Positions 51,562 to 64,000 of a stretch of DNA of 64,000 nucleotides are shown here, one piece after another. The position numbers were made by a program, and so were the translations under genes. The number at the start of each line of letters is the position of its first letter. Position 1 is the first letter of the stretch. The notes beneath the pieces are model-generated. The model saw only the letters and a list, made by a program, of their open reading frames with translations. It had not been told where the DNA came from and ran no database searches. The DNA is taken from positions 13,829,211 through 13,893,210 of the forward strand of contig CP075497.1 of assembly GCA_021613535.1 (NCBI GenBank), given 5' to 3'. Source of the stretch: Adineta vaga. Lineage: Eukaryota; Animalia; Rotifera.

Positions 51562-52257
51562 TCATCGAAGTAGTAGACAAGCGAGAAAAAGCACCAGATA
51601 TGTACTTGAGTATCGAATACTGGTGTTCGAGTCAGTATAAGGTTCTCCAACGATCGTTAAATCTTCAAAATTAATATCAAATCCATCTGTGTTTTCATTG
51701 GGCGAAGCACACATAATTCCAACCATCATCGGTCGAGTTCTATCAATTACTGGAAAATATGCCAATCGCATCATTTTGACTTCGCTTTGTATACCTTCAG
51801 CAAATTCAATATGAATTGTTTCTTTCACCCTACGAACCCTCAATTTCAAAACATCAGGTGAGTTAATTTGAACAACACTCCAATCCGACCAACCGTTAAC
51901 TGTTACAACAGCACTTGCATATTGTTGACCTTCAACATATTCCACTCCACATTTAATCCAATTTTTATTGTCAATTCGTATCATTAAACCACCTTGGTCG
52001 TAAAGCTCACGATATTTGCCTCGTACATTCACTGTTAAATTAAAAGGTTCCTCACCAGATAAAGATTTATAAAAGAAATGTCCTGTATCACGCTGAAAAC
52101 CATAGAACGTACTTTGCCAAAAGTCGGTATTTTTGTCCGTATGAACAGAAATTGTTGTATCATTAACAGACCATCTTTTCGGTTCGTTATACCAGGTGAA
52201 ATTCATTTGAGATAAAAACGTCGAAAAAAGAACAACGTTCTCCATGGATGTTTGCAC
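51562..52257 (-). CDS. Intronless DUF1349 (Ree1-like, concanavalin-fold) protein; probable horizontally acquired gene
   Basis: W.NEP..W, TDFWQ.T.YGF.RD.GHF, LYDQGGLM, WIKCGVEY, SAVVT...SDWS, MRLAYFP and VGIMCASP motifs. The start codon is uncertain; there is an extra hydrophobic C-terminal tail. Confidence 0.88.
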   Translation of the reverse strand: MQTSMENVVLFSTFLSQMNFTWYNEPKRWSVNDTTISVHTDKNTDFWQSTFYGFQRDTGHFFYKSLSGEEPFNLTVNVRGKYRELYDQGGLMIRIDNKNWIKCGVEYVEGQQYASAVVTVNGWSDWSVVQINSPDVLKLRVRRVKETIHIEFAEGIQSEVKMMRLAYFPVIDRTRPMMVGIMCASPNENTDGFDINFEDLTIVGEPYTDSNTSIRYSSTYLVLFLACLLLR

Positions 52258-53255
52258 TCAACTGCGTAGCTTTATTGTCATTTACATGTGTCCTTTTGTA
52301 TTTATAATCTGCGTAATAAAAAGAAAGTGCGTCGTATTCTTATCTTCAACGTTTAAATCATCTAATATTTAACCAGTATAAACTTTGTATAAAACGTCCG
52401 TGTTCTTCACACACCAAAAGGACAGGGTATGGGTGAGAGTTAGGTGTGTTCCTTTATTTTTTACTTTTCTTTATATAAAGAATTAAAGTAACGCAAAATT
52501 TTTATTCATCTAATCATGAACAAGTAGCTGCGTGTTTACAATATATCGGTTATGTTTTTGAACGATTAAATATGTTTGAAGAATCTATTGAAATACTATC
52601 GAAAGCATTGACAGTTTTGGAAGAAAAATCTCCACCTGATAATCCAAAACTTGCATCATGTTTATTTTCAATAGGAACTACTTTGAGTAAACAGGATAAA
52701 GATGATGAAGCGCTCATTTATTACAAACGAACACTTGTAATTCGAGAAAAACATTATGTATTAGGCGATATCCCAGACAGACATAACCCTTAAAAATACG
52801 CGTAATCCCTCGTTATATGTACGCATTTTTGTCGTATATACCAGTAGCATTATGAAAGTGTATTTTCGAGTGAGAAATAGTTTCGTATTTTGATATAATT
52901 AAATTATTTCTTACTCGTATTTACCAGTAGGATTATTAACGTGCTGTTGTGTCTGGATACAAATTAATGTTGTTTTAAATGTCAAAGAAGTCGGATATGT
53001 GTAATGATTCGTATCGGGAACCGATTGTTAAGTGAAGTTAGGGAACGTATATAGGTTGGATTGTATTAGTTCGAATTGTATTCGGGTCGTGCGTGAATTT
53101 TTGTTGAAAGATGTGTCAGATGAGTTCTTTTACATAACGAACGTGCGTTTTTGCGAACGATCGTAGTTAGATTGTAGCATAGCTAGAATAGGAAAGAAGT
53201 AGTATGAAGATTTTATTGTTAGAAATAGTATAGAAAATTGTTATCAAGACACATT

Positions 53256-56200
53256 TCAGGTTTCCTCCATTAAATTGGGAAATATATAATATTGTGAAGA
53301 GGTTGTGAATTGTAAATCTCTTCGATAACCAACTTTTTCTCTAACGTTTTTGCAGTTGACTGAAACAGTTTTTGGTGGAGATGAATGCTCGGCGAAAACC
53401 AGAAAATCATTAACATATTGTGATCCATCGAAGGAAAAGAAATCAAATCCAGTAATATATGCTTGATCAACTATGAATATGATATCATTGGTTGTTTTCA
53501 TTTATATTATACCAAGAATTATTCCAATATAAAGATCATTGGAATTATCAGCATATATAATGGCAGAATTATCCACTTGTTTATGGTTCGAACGGTAGAT
53601 TGTGAAAGATGTATTTTGATAAAAGCAAAAGGAATGATGCGTATACTGATTCTTTCGATAAACGTTTTGAAGATATTCAGTAGCATATAAGGAAACAGGA
53701 CATGTTATGTGACCCAGACCAAAATCGGTAATTTTTTCAATAGATGTTGGTATAGCACGTCTCTTCGATGAAAGGATCTGATGGATTAATAATGAAATTT
53801 TTGGATGAAAAGCAGAATTCTTAAGCAAAGTTGTAGCATGAGATGTAAACTCGAAATTGTTAATCAATTGCTTTAAAACCAATGATGGACCATGAATAGA
53901 TTTTACAAATGATCCTATTTAAACAGAACGATGACGAAGAAAAGCTTTAAACATCTCTATAATGCACTCAAAAAAATGTCTTTAGAGATTAGCTGAATTT
54001 GAAAAACTCTTCAAGGATAAGTAGTTCCAGATGATGAAAATTTTGTTAGTGTTGACTGTAAGATTATCACTATTTACCAAAATGAAAGATCAAAATACAT
54101 CTGTCTTTACAAATGATCCTTAAAGACTCATCATATCATTATGAATTTTTCATATAGCAAGTTCTATATTAAAATCTATATGATTCATGATAAACACATG
54201 ATATTAACTAAGTATATCATAAAATGGTTCTTGTAATAGATATTAATTAAAACTACTTCTGACTTTATAAACTCTCTTGTATAATCACTATTCGATAGTT
54301 GAATATATGTACTGAAAGATATCTTAGAGTTATCACTTACGTGGATAGAAAAGATAGTTTTGCAAGAAATAAGCTATACATACCAACTGTGCTTTCAAAA
54401 TTGAATGTACTGTAATTATGAATAGGCCCAAATTTGACTAATGATTGATGAACATGTGAAAGTGCATGTACATTCGGAACACAATTAGACGTCTTCAACA
54501 TACAAGAAAGATGATGTTATGGCGTAACATGGTTGAAATCAAGAATACAAACTCCATATAACAACGAAAACTCATTCTCAAATTTATCCAAGAGCCTTTT
54601 GATTTCACTTAAACGAGTAGTTGTTAAAACCCTTGCTTCCGAGAAAATAGCTGCAGAAGCTAATAAGCGAAAATGTTCGTAATATTTTGTTTTCATTACT
54701 TGTTCGAATACTCTATCCAAAAGAAACTTTTATGTTATGAATTTATGAATATTCGTAGTATATATACTTATATCCAAAAAGTAGTGTCATGCTAAATTTA
54801 TTGGCTTTCCACGTTGTATAATACCGTAAAGCACGTGGTAATCCATTGGTAGTCGGATAATGAATATTTTGTAGTAGTTTCTCTAAGCGAGATAATTGCT
54901 TTTTAACTGAGTAATCTGCTTTAACCGTCTCCAACCACAAATATATCAATTTTTTCTTTAAGTGAAAAGAAAAGAAAATTTTTTTTTATTCACAAACTCT
55001 TTCATTCTCCATCAATTGAAAATATGGATTACTTACGAATACACCAGCATATAATCCATGTAACGAATCAAAACAAAAACTCGCACCAATTTCAAAATAA
55101 GTTAATTGACGTACAGCACAATAACCTACATGACCACAAGCTCTATCGTCTGATGGATCTGTTGGTACATAATTCTATACGAGAAGTATTGATGAAATAA
55201 GTAAGAAAAGTGACAAAATTAGGTTTTTTACTTTATCTAAAATCTTCATGAAATGGTCATATGTCGTATTATTTCGAAGTTTTTCAGGATTTCTGTTGTC
55301 GTTAATAAAGTATCGTGAGTTTGATGCACCAGTTTTACCTATATGTACAAACATACATGCGCAAATATATATAGGCAGTTAGATAGGTAGATAGATAGAT
55401 TTATCGATTGAGAACCAGGTTTCTCAAGAAGAAAATACCAAATAATAAAACTATAATTCGCTACAGATATTAAACTATTCTAACCTGGTATGCACACCAG
55501 TCACAACTGAAAAAGCCGGTAGGATCTTTAATGTGCATCATAAGAGATTGTGCTGGTTTGTCACAAACAGCTGCAATAGTAAAAGCATAAAAATGTGTGT
55601 AAACTCTATTTTGAGATTTACCATCAGATGGAATTTCAACATCAAATCCAGTATGTTCAAGAAATTTTAACTCATTTACAATATCTTGTAAAACTGTGGC
55701 ATATTCTTGTTTCTTTGGCTTTTCAATTCCATTTGATATAGAACATATTAATATGTTGTTAATATTATAACGTTTGTTACGAGGCAACTCATTGATACAA
55801 GCACATGTTATCCATATTGAACGACATATTCGTTTTAAAAATACTCCATCTCTGTTCAACGTGAGTGTTATACAGTTTCTGTTTGGATTAATCTGCTTTT
55901 GTTTTAATATTATTTCTTCACAACGTTTAGAATTTAACATATCATCGCATTGATTTGATTCGTAAGTATGTTTAAGAAGGGTTTCTCTTTCAAGGATAGA
56001 AAGAATTTGTGGGACCAAAGGAAAAACAAAGACAGATGTTGGAGCTGGTATAGGAGTATTAATCGGTTGACATCTCATCAAATTACATTTCGAAGCGCTT
56101 GCACATTTATTACCACATGAAGGACAGATAAAAGATTGATTTCCTTCGAGTAATGTCGGATTATTTCTTTTCAAGTGCCTCATGACTCCATGAAAATCCT

Positions 56201-56868
56201 TCGGCATATATGGAATATTGAACATATTAATAATACGGCATATATCATTTGCAGCAGTTTTGCTAATACTATGTCTTTTCCACGTGAAAAATAACAATAT
56301 GGACAATTCAGTAGCATCAGGTAATTTTTCTGATTCCAATCGATTTTTAGAAACGTTATTCGAGACTTCCGAATGTTCCTCAATGTCATCATGAGCATCA
56401 CCTGAATCTGTCTCGTCATCATCACCATCACCATCATCATCAACATCGTCATCATTATATTCATCTTCATCTTCGTACTCATTATAACATTCACCATCAT
56501 CATCTTTAGCTTTAGATTCATAATCATCATCAACATGTCTTTCTGATATATATCGTGTGGCTGCATCACTTGAAACTGGATCTGACACTAAGTAGTATCC
56601 ATCATGTTGTAATGTGGATATTGTATCATCATCGGAAGCCATGTGTTGGTCAGAATCATGTGTTTCAAGTTCTCTAATAATAGTTGATATCGTAGTGAAA
56701 ACGTTTACAAAAAGTAGAACAAACATACAGTGGATTGCTCAATATATTTGTTGTCATCATTTCTGTTGTATCAAACTGGTTTTTTTCTCGAATTCGAGTA
56801 CGATAAAGGCAGAATCGAGATTTTCTATCCATTATCCTTTGTATCTCATTTTCATCTTCGTCAGTCAT
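53256..56868 (-). pseudogene. EnSpm/CACTA-related (CMC) transposase, multi-exon, frameshifted
   Basis: TLNRDGV, SIW...INELP, ELKFLE..G, CDKPAQS, FFSCDWC, DSLHGLYAG, WKAN and HALSH..FGP..NYSTFNFES motifs. Confidence 0.8.
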
Positions 56869-57226
56869 CTAGAAACATTCTTTTTTTGAGATCGTTTAAA
56901 AGAATTTTCGTATACTTTTTTATACTGAAACATTCAAAGCAAATGATGACATATTTTATACAGATCTGATGGTTTGTATTCATTACAACTACATTTAATC
57001 GGTATATTCATATAATATTTGGATTTGTAAATAATGGTTACGAAAAGTTTATTAAAAAGTAAGAGAAGAATACGAGGATATATGTCTTTGAGTTTCATTA
57101 AAATATGATTGAGAATCAAGTAATAAAAAAAATTAAAAACGAAGAAGATATAAGTGTTTAATGTAAAAAACTTCATAAAAGAAAATCAGTGAAAACTAAT
57201 TCAAATAAATATCGAAGACATGAAAA

Positions 57227-59072
57227 TTATTCCTCTTCACTACTTGATTCATCAACTATTTTACTTTTTCGTACATCTGATCGAACGTTATCGAAATTTT
57301 CATCTTCATATAATTCCTCGTCGTCGTCTTCATCAGATTCATCATCTCCACTGCTTTCGTCACATTCATCAGCATTAGCACCATCATGTTGTGGAACATT
57401 TTGATCAATTGGCATAGATCTTCTTGTTCGATCAGATTTATTACCTTGTCTTATATTAGCTGCAATATCACTCCGCATCTTCTTATAACTAACACTGTAT
57501 TTCGGTCGAGAAAGCCGAGCAAATGCTAAAATAAAAAACAATGGAATGATAGACTTTTCAATATTAAATCAGTATTTTATATTGTCCTCAGAAATTATAA
57601 TTTTTTTCTCAAATAAAGTGAAACAATAAAGAGAAATTAAGCAATATGCTCAACCTTTGTATTCAGTAATGAACTAGAAGAACTTACCATATATATTTCT
57701 GAGCGTCGCCATGGGTACTTGTTTTATTGAATGAACATAAACTTTGTCATCAACTGTTGGACATAAATGTCTCCAAACGTTCATTGCAACTTTATCAGGT
57801 CTGATGGCATCTCTTTGCACGAATTCTATTGTTTGATCACTTAGATCGAGTTCACGTGCTACTTCTTCAATCGTACGATTATCATTTTGATATTTGTTCT
57901 CATTTGATTCAATGAATAAAAACAATTCGTTCTAAAAATTCTCCTGAGGTTTTACTAAAAAGCAGAAATGTTGTGAATTATTATTTGGAAAATTAATATA
58001 AAAATGGCTAATTTCGCTGTCTTCGAATAAGATTTACAAAGGATCATCAATAGCATTTTCATGAATAAACTATCATACAATATAGTGCTTATCAAAGATA
58101 TTCGAAATACACTGCTTGCCTGATAAATTCACTGCTTAATACGCGGTCCGATTCTTCCTGCAGATCCTTACAAATATATGAAAACCGGTCCAACTAATTT
58201 TCCAGTCATACTAATTATTGGCATAATTGTGTATTGAATGAGTAGCAGCATTCATTGATTTGACGTGCCCTTTAATTATTTTTTCACCAGTTGTTGCTGG
58301 CGTCCGTGTCGATGGATTGTTATAGCTAATACATTAGAAATTAGTTTCTGATTAATTATTTTCTGGCTGCAAATAACTTACTTGAAACTGCTTTGATCAC
58401 TGTTCAATACATGAACTTCAGCATAATCCGGAATTGTATTTTTCACTGTTTTCACAAAACGCTCGGCGGATTTTAATGTTTCATTCTGGTCTTCCAAATG
58501 TTTTTAGTTACCAGTTTTGTCACTTTTCTTGATGAAATATAGTGCCGTCTTTTGAAGTTTAGTATTCAGTGCGAAGATGCCATGAAACCGACCGGATTTA
58601 AATTACGTGCTTTTCTGATGGCCAAATGCCTTATGTCAGAGTCGTGTATTGACAAACAATATTCTCGAACCCAAATAAATTCTGAATATACAAAATCGTC
58701 GATAAGTTGGAGTTTCTGTGTTTTCGTACCATGAGCATTAACTTATTGCTTTATTCGACGCAGTTGTTCTTTATGTTTTACTTGTCTATATTGTCTACAT
58801 AATGTAGGAAAGGTATGTGTTTTTGAAAACTCAACAAACGCACATATTGTATCATAAGAATATTGTATTCCATCAACATTCACTGCAACAGCATTCTCTT
58901 TTTCTTCTTCTTGATAGTCAACACTACAATCGTCATATGCAACAAAATCCAATGTTACAATATGATCGACCAGCTCATAACCTATGGATGACGCTTCATC
59001 TTTAGTAGGTTCTGGATATTTCCGATGCACCAGATTGTTAAAAATATGAAGAATATTGTGAACATTTATCAT
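57227..59072 (-). pseudogene. Accessory gene: degenerate CENP-B/Tc5-type HTH plus a C-terminal BEN-like domain and acidic tail
   Basis: EQLRRIKQ*V..GTK..KL..ID..V..F...R....IHDSDIR..A...A.....FMASSH*ILNFK...ISSRKVTK, then VAMNVWRHLCP...LRNIY|.FARLSRP...DIAANIR. In-frame stops are present. Confidence 0.55.
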
Positions 59073-60211
59073 GTTGCTTTTGAAAAACTTGTAATAAATA
59101 AATTCAGAAGTTGTAAACGTTACAGTATACTTTATTTAAATCATACGTGATCTATATATAAAGGTCAAAAGACTAACGAATATACGAATACAAAAACGAT
59201 CGATATTCGAAGAACAAAGAATTAATGATTAAAGAAACATGGAGACAAGAATACATATACACCAAAATATTTGAAAAATCTCAAAATGCGCATAGTATAG
59301 AGAAACATATATGTCAATACTATACAAACTGTTTTGCGTGTAATTTTTTATTGAGGTAATAAGAGCACCTAATTGTTTCGCATCTGAGATAGGTATACTT
59401 ATGACAACACATCTGCATGATTTCCATTAAAATCCCCGGGACACACCTGGGTAGGTTCCCTTGTAAGTATATTTATCGTACGTATTATAAGATAATATAT
59501 TTGATATTTGTATTAATGATAAAATTCTAATGTGACGACGAATCCATTGAAGAAAATATTGTAAAAACATTATTTTATAGAAAAGAAGATGTTATTAGAT
59601 GAGGAAATAAAAAAAATTACATAATATGAGTGTGTATTAAAGAACACACGCACATCTTCATGATGGAAAAGAAAATATGAAGTGGATCTCTTAAACATTT
59701 AATATGTATTATTATTAAATTATTTCTATTTCAGTAAATTAAAGTTAATCAAAGATACGAAAGAAAAAAAAAGAAATTAAATTATTTATTTATTCATTTT
59801 ATTATGTATGTAGTCGTATATTATTGGAAAGGATCTTTTTCTTTGACATAATGTCATTTTTTTCATCTAAGTAATCTAAATTGAAAAGTATCCTTCTCTA
59901 TATATATGAAATAATTTTGATTACAAACAGAACCGTATCAACACGTGGGCGCATGAAAAGATTTTAATTGACTGGCGTTGACACTATTCATTAACGATCT
60001 ATTCTTAGTAAAAAAAAAAGATCTAATTACTATACTGGATTTGAAACAAAAAATAATATTTCATGTAAAATAAACCAACAGAAATAAACTTCACAGAAGA
60101 AGAATTTATTTCTGAGCACATTCTTTCTATAGTCATATACAAATTTTTATCTTTTTCAAGAAGAAAAATCGAAGTAGATTATTATTATTTTCTATCATTC
60201 TAATTTTGTTA

Positions 60212-61321
60212 ATGGATATAAATAATATTACAGATTCTATATCGATAGAATGCGATTTAGAAGATGATTTAGGTTATAATCTTATTCCAATGTATCGTAT
60301 TTTATTTATTTTAAGTTGTATTACTGTTCCACTTGGAATTTTTCTTAATATTATATTTATCATTACTTTGATTTCTCTTGCAAAAAAGATCTTTGATGTT
60401 AATATTCATGCTCTTTTATTGAGTTGTATAGCACAAATTCCACTTTCTATTCTTCAACAACCAATTCGACTTTATTTTTATTATCATAATGGATGTTTAC
60501 CTGTAGCTGGTACTTCATTGTGTCAATTAACAGTTTATCTTGATTATATTCCACCACAAATTAATAATTTTCTTATAGTTCAACTATCATTTGAACGTTT
60601 ACTTCTTGTTATAAAGCCTTTTATATTTCGTCAAACTCGTCATCAAAGATATACTTATGCAATATATCTTCATTATATTGGTCTTTTTCTAGCTATCATA
60701 TTTCCTTGTCTTTATTATCCAATTATTATGCAAAATGGCGCATCAACAATTGATCTCGATGATCCATCATTAACACAAACATGTGATCTATGGTATGCTA
60801 GAGACATTTATGAATTATTCGATTTACTTATTACATTTGTTCCATATGCACTTATTTTAATTGCATCTCTTTCTATTATTACTCTTATTTTATATCGAAA
60901 AACAAATTTTGTTAATCAAGAAAGAAGACAAATTGGTTCACGAAGTCATCGTCGTCTTCTTTTTTCTCTTAATTTATTTCTTTTATGGTTTATGATAACA
61001 TGGTCACCTTGGGTTTTATATGATTTCTTTCAAACTGTTCTAAATCTGACCTATTCTGTTTATATTGATGCAATTACAACATATATTGTATATTTGAACT
61101 ATACTTTTAGCTCAGCAATTGTTTTAATTACATTCAAAGAAATGCGTGAGTTCTGTTTTACTAAGTTTGGCATTGCACGATCTATTTGTTCACGAGGAAA
61201 TCATGTTGAATTAGCTCATACAGATGGTCCTATGCAAACTATTCGTCAACTTCCAACAGCAGGAACAACTCAAATTATTCATCATGCAACAAGAAATCAT
61301 CGTAGAATTCATATCTCATAG
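60212..61321 (+). CDS. Intronless rhodopsin-like (class A) 7TM receptor
   Basis: Seven hydrophobic segments; GIFLN in TM1, SFERLLLV (DRY-equivalent), Cys in TM3 and ECL2, W..TWSP in TM6; ATG at 60212. Confidence 0.88.
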   Translation: MDINNITDSISIECDLEDDLGYNLIPMYRILFILSCITVPLGIFLNIIFIITLISLAKKIFDVNIHALLLSCIAQIPLSILQQPIRLYFYYHNGCLPVAGTSLCQLTVYLDYIPPQINNFLIVQLSFERLLLVIKPFIFRQTRHQRYTYAIYLHYIGLFLAIIFPCLYYPIIMQNGASTIDLDDPSLTQTCDLWYARDIYELFDLLITFVPYALILIASLSIITLILYRKTNFVNQERRQIGSRSHRRLLFSLNLFLLWFMITWSPWVLYDFFQTVLNLTYSVYIDAITTYIVYLNYTFSSAIVLITFKEMREFCFTKFGIARSICSRGNHVELAHTDGPMQTIRQLPTAGTTQIIHHATRNHRRIHIS

Positions 61322-61340
61322 CAGTGCAAAAGATGGCAAA

Positions 61341-64000
61341 TAGTGATGTACCGAGACCGAGACACGACCGAGAATCTCGGTCGAGACAGTCTCGGTCTCG
61401 GTCTGTCTCGGTCTCGGTCGTCTCGGTCTCGGTCGTCTCGGTCTCGGTCGTCTCGGTCTCGGTCGTCTCGGCCGAGATCTCAGTCTGTCTCGGTGAAATT
61501 CATATTCATACACAACGATTTATATGTATAGTTTTTTTCAATACTGGTTTCGCAGAATAACGAATAAAATCGGTGTATCATGAGAAACGTCAAGTATAAT
61601 ACGGATTTTATATTGATAATCTTCACTTTCATAAAAAAACTTTCCAATGATATTTATATAATACTTATAAATAAATATTCTATAAAAGCTGTTTCATTCA
61701 ACTTATATCTTTTGTTTGATTATGACTTCAATGCATATCACCTTGATATTTTGGGTCATAAGTTTTGCTGAAATGAAAATGTTTTGTTGTTAATGTATAT
61801 CTATTAGTTCTATTACTATACCCACATATTCATATGAGAATCACTTTATTTCAAAGAGAAATTTCAGCTTTTATTAGAAAATATGGAGTACTAACTGTAC
61901 TTGCATACTAAGAACATGTTACAAATTTGAAACTGAAATAAACCATTATGCTTTTGATTTTTTAATCAATACTGCTTAATAATGTAAAGCGATCTCAATG
62001 TTATTGGGAAAAGAACTAACGAGAAAACCGCATTTCCTTTGGCTATATATGTATACAATTGAATGATAGACAGAGGGCAAAAGGACACATAAATGCACTC
62101 GCCCGACAATCAAAATTGACGATATCAAGGGGATACAGTTTTGAACAGAACAGAAAAAAAACGGTTTACTATTGCTCTCTCTCTCTCTCTCATTAACAAC
62201 CGTCCATTAACATCTAAACAATCAGACGTGAAAGAACAACATAATCTTTCATTGAAATAATTATTCTTTCTCAAGTCAAGTTCATTTGAAAATGCCATCC
62301 AAGATTATTGCAAAGAATTCTAAAAAGCGAAGCAAAAATTCCAGTACAACAAAAAAAAATGCTCATCATTTGGAAAGTGTATTGAATGAAGACATTGTTA
62401 CAATTACAACTTCATCACAATCAGTTTCACCTTCGTCATCAACAAGAAACAAACGAACAACTACCGAAGTTATGGACGAAACATTAAATCAGAACGAATC
62501 AATCGATAGTACGGAAGAGAATATGGATTTTGATTCTCGTAAATCCGAAGTTTGGAATCATGCTGAAAAGCTTCCACGTGGTAAAGCAAAATGTAATAAC
62601 TGTAAACTTGTATTTTTATGCACGGATCATAATACAACTGGTATTCGACGACATGTATCTCGATGCTTAAAAATTTCTAAATTTGCAACAGTTTCCAATC
62701 AAAATTTCGAAAAATCGGTCAGCCATGATATGAAGAAAAAATTACACAAACTGGTTTATAAATGTATTATTGAAGATGGACGAAATTTCGGCGACTTTCG
62801 AAAATCAGGAATGATTCGTTTGTATCAAGAGATTTTGCCAGGTAAGCGAAATTGTTCATTGATATACTACGAAATAATCAGATGCTATAGTCGAGACTAT
62901 TTAAAGAGAAACAAACTACAAATGTTTAGATTAATGAACAAATTGCAGCTAATCGGCTAAATTTGTTACCAATAAGCTAAGCGATCAAGGGAACATATCA
63001 TTACATATGTTCTTAACATATTTTTTTAATTTCATATTAATTAAAATTATTTTTATTCATTGTTTTCTGCTATATTTTCCAGGTTACAAACCACCGACCC
63101 GTCGAACAGTACAACGTCAACTGAAACGACTTCATAAAGAACACAAACAAAAGCTTGTGACCAAATTGAAAGGTGTTGATGCATTGTCTGTGACAACAGA
63201 TTTATGGTCTGACAAGCAATTAAATTCATATATTTGTTTAACGGGACATTTCTTAAATTCTGAATCAGAACTTGATTCTACAGTTTTATCATTTTCGACT
63301 TTTCCTGAACGACATACAGGTGATGCAATTTCTCGTACAATAAAGACTGAATTAAAACAATTGCAAGTGTACGAAAAAGTACGTACCATTACTTGTGATG
63401 GTGCTGCAAATGTTCGTAAATCCTTTCAAACACTTAAACCAAAACGTATACATTGTTTAGCACACAAGCTACATTTAACGGTTTGTAATGCACTTTGTTT
63501 ATGGGTGAAACAAAATGCTTCTTCGTCAACAAAAACAAATGATGACGATGATGATGAACGAAATGATTCAAACAATTCATCTAGTGAGTACTAAACGAAA
63601 CTTATCACTAGAAGAAAAAATATCTTCATGAAAATAAATCATTCAGTTTGAATCAATACTTTATTTTTAAGGTACCACCAATAAACGAAGCAATACCACC
63701 TACGAAACGTCAACTGAATCAGATGAAAATATTGCTACTGCTGCTGCTACTGATGATGATGAAGAAATTGAGGAGGAGGAGGATGACGATGATGATAAGA
63801 GCGACGACGACGACGACGATGATGATGATAAAGCTGATGACGAGGAGGATGGTGAAGATGGTAATGACGATTATTTACCAATGGAAGATGATTCTGATGC
63901 ACCTGCTGATCCAAATGCAACACCTGATGCTGTACATGATAATTGGGAAGAAGGTGTGGTGATAGATAATTCATCGATAACTTGTATCGAGCAATACACC
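61341..64000 (+). mobile_element. hAT-superfamily transposon; left end present, runs off the window
   Basis: TAGTGATG terminus followed by direct and inverted CCGAGA/GTCTCG subterminal repeats (61351-61494), with a transposase downstream. Confidence 0.85.
62292..64000 (+). CDS. hAT (Ac-like) transposase with BED zinc finger; multi-exon, incomplete
   Basis: SEVWNH..AKCNNC...TTGIRRH; intron 62842-63082; TTDLWS, YICLTGHF, HTG, TCDGAAN and CLAHKLHL motifs, followed by an acidic insert. Confidence 0.92.

Larger units (their letters stand above)
48613..52771 (+). pseudogene. Disrupted TPR-array gene (kinesin-light-chain/NPHP3-like ~42-aa repeats)
   Basis: Repeating H..IA.SLNNIG......Y..AL.Y...AL.I units with in-frame stops, in two pieces (48613-50105 and 52508-52771). 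It is cut by insertions at both ends and in the middle. Confidence 0.85.
52772..59451 (-). mobile_element. EnSpm/CMC-like DNA transposon, degenerate; right boundary uncertain
   Basis: Begins CCCAGACAG exactly where the TPR frame breaks and contains a transposase plus an accessory gene. The candidate right end (CTGGG) matches only 5 bp. Confidence 0.55.

Noticed and set aside
59440-59460. Definite right TIR of the EnSpm-like element
   Set aside because: Only CCCAG/CTGGG matches, there is no TSD, and the TPR gene does not resume; kept only as a tentative boundary.
61316-61560. Arg/Ser-rich ORFs
   Set aside because: They are translations of the hAT subterminal repeats.
63648-63974. Met-rich and His-rich ORFs (similar cases at 46607 and 56180)
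   Set aside because: They are alternative-frame or antisense readings of Asp/Glu-rich GAT/GAC tracts in transposase genes.

Overview
AT-rich eukaryotic DNA with short GT-AG introns. The gene families (TPR arrays, an FG-GAP/transmembrane-repeat gene, intronless 7TM receptors, bacterial- and fungal-like genes) suggest a bdelloid rotifer; this is an inference. Most of the window is a nest of mobile elements. The main candidate for a new system is a ~18.5-19 kb unit (~4.9/5.25-23.8 kb) bounded by inverted arrays of GACCACAA(A)/GACCAGAA repeats. It encodes an intact, spliced CxC5-CxC6-KDZ (Kyakuja-Dileera-Zisupton) transposase, a large DUF3987-like P-loop protein with two related C-terminal domains, and a divergently transcribed coiled-coil/BEN-like protein, with a 60-bp tandem array between the divergent genes. 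Other elements: Athena/Terminon-like coiled-coil ORFs, a Tc1, two piggyBacs, a P-like transposase, a Jockey-like LINE, an EnSpm/CMC-like element, a hAT, MITEs and Helitron/Helentron-like repeats. One Helentron-like repeat appears to have carried a bacterial-type DUF1349 gene into a TPR gene. All family assignments are from motif recognition by eye, not database searches.
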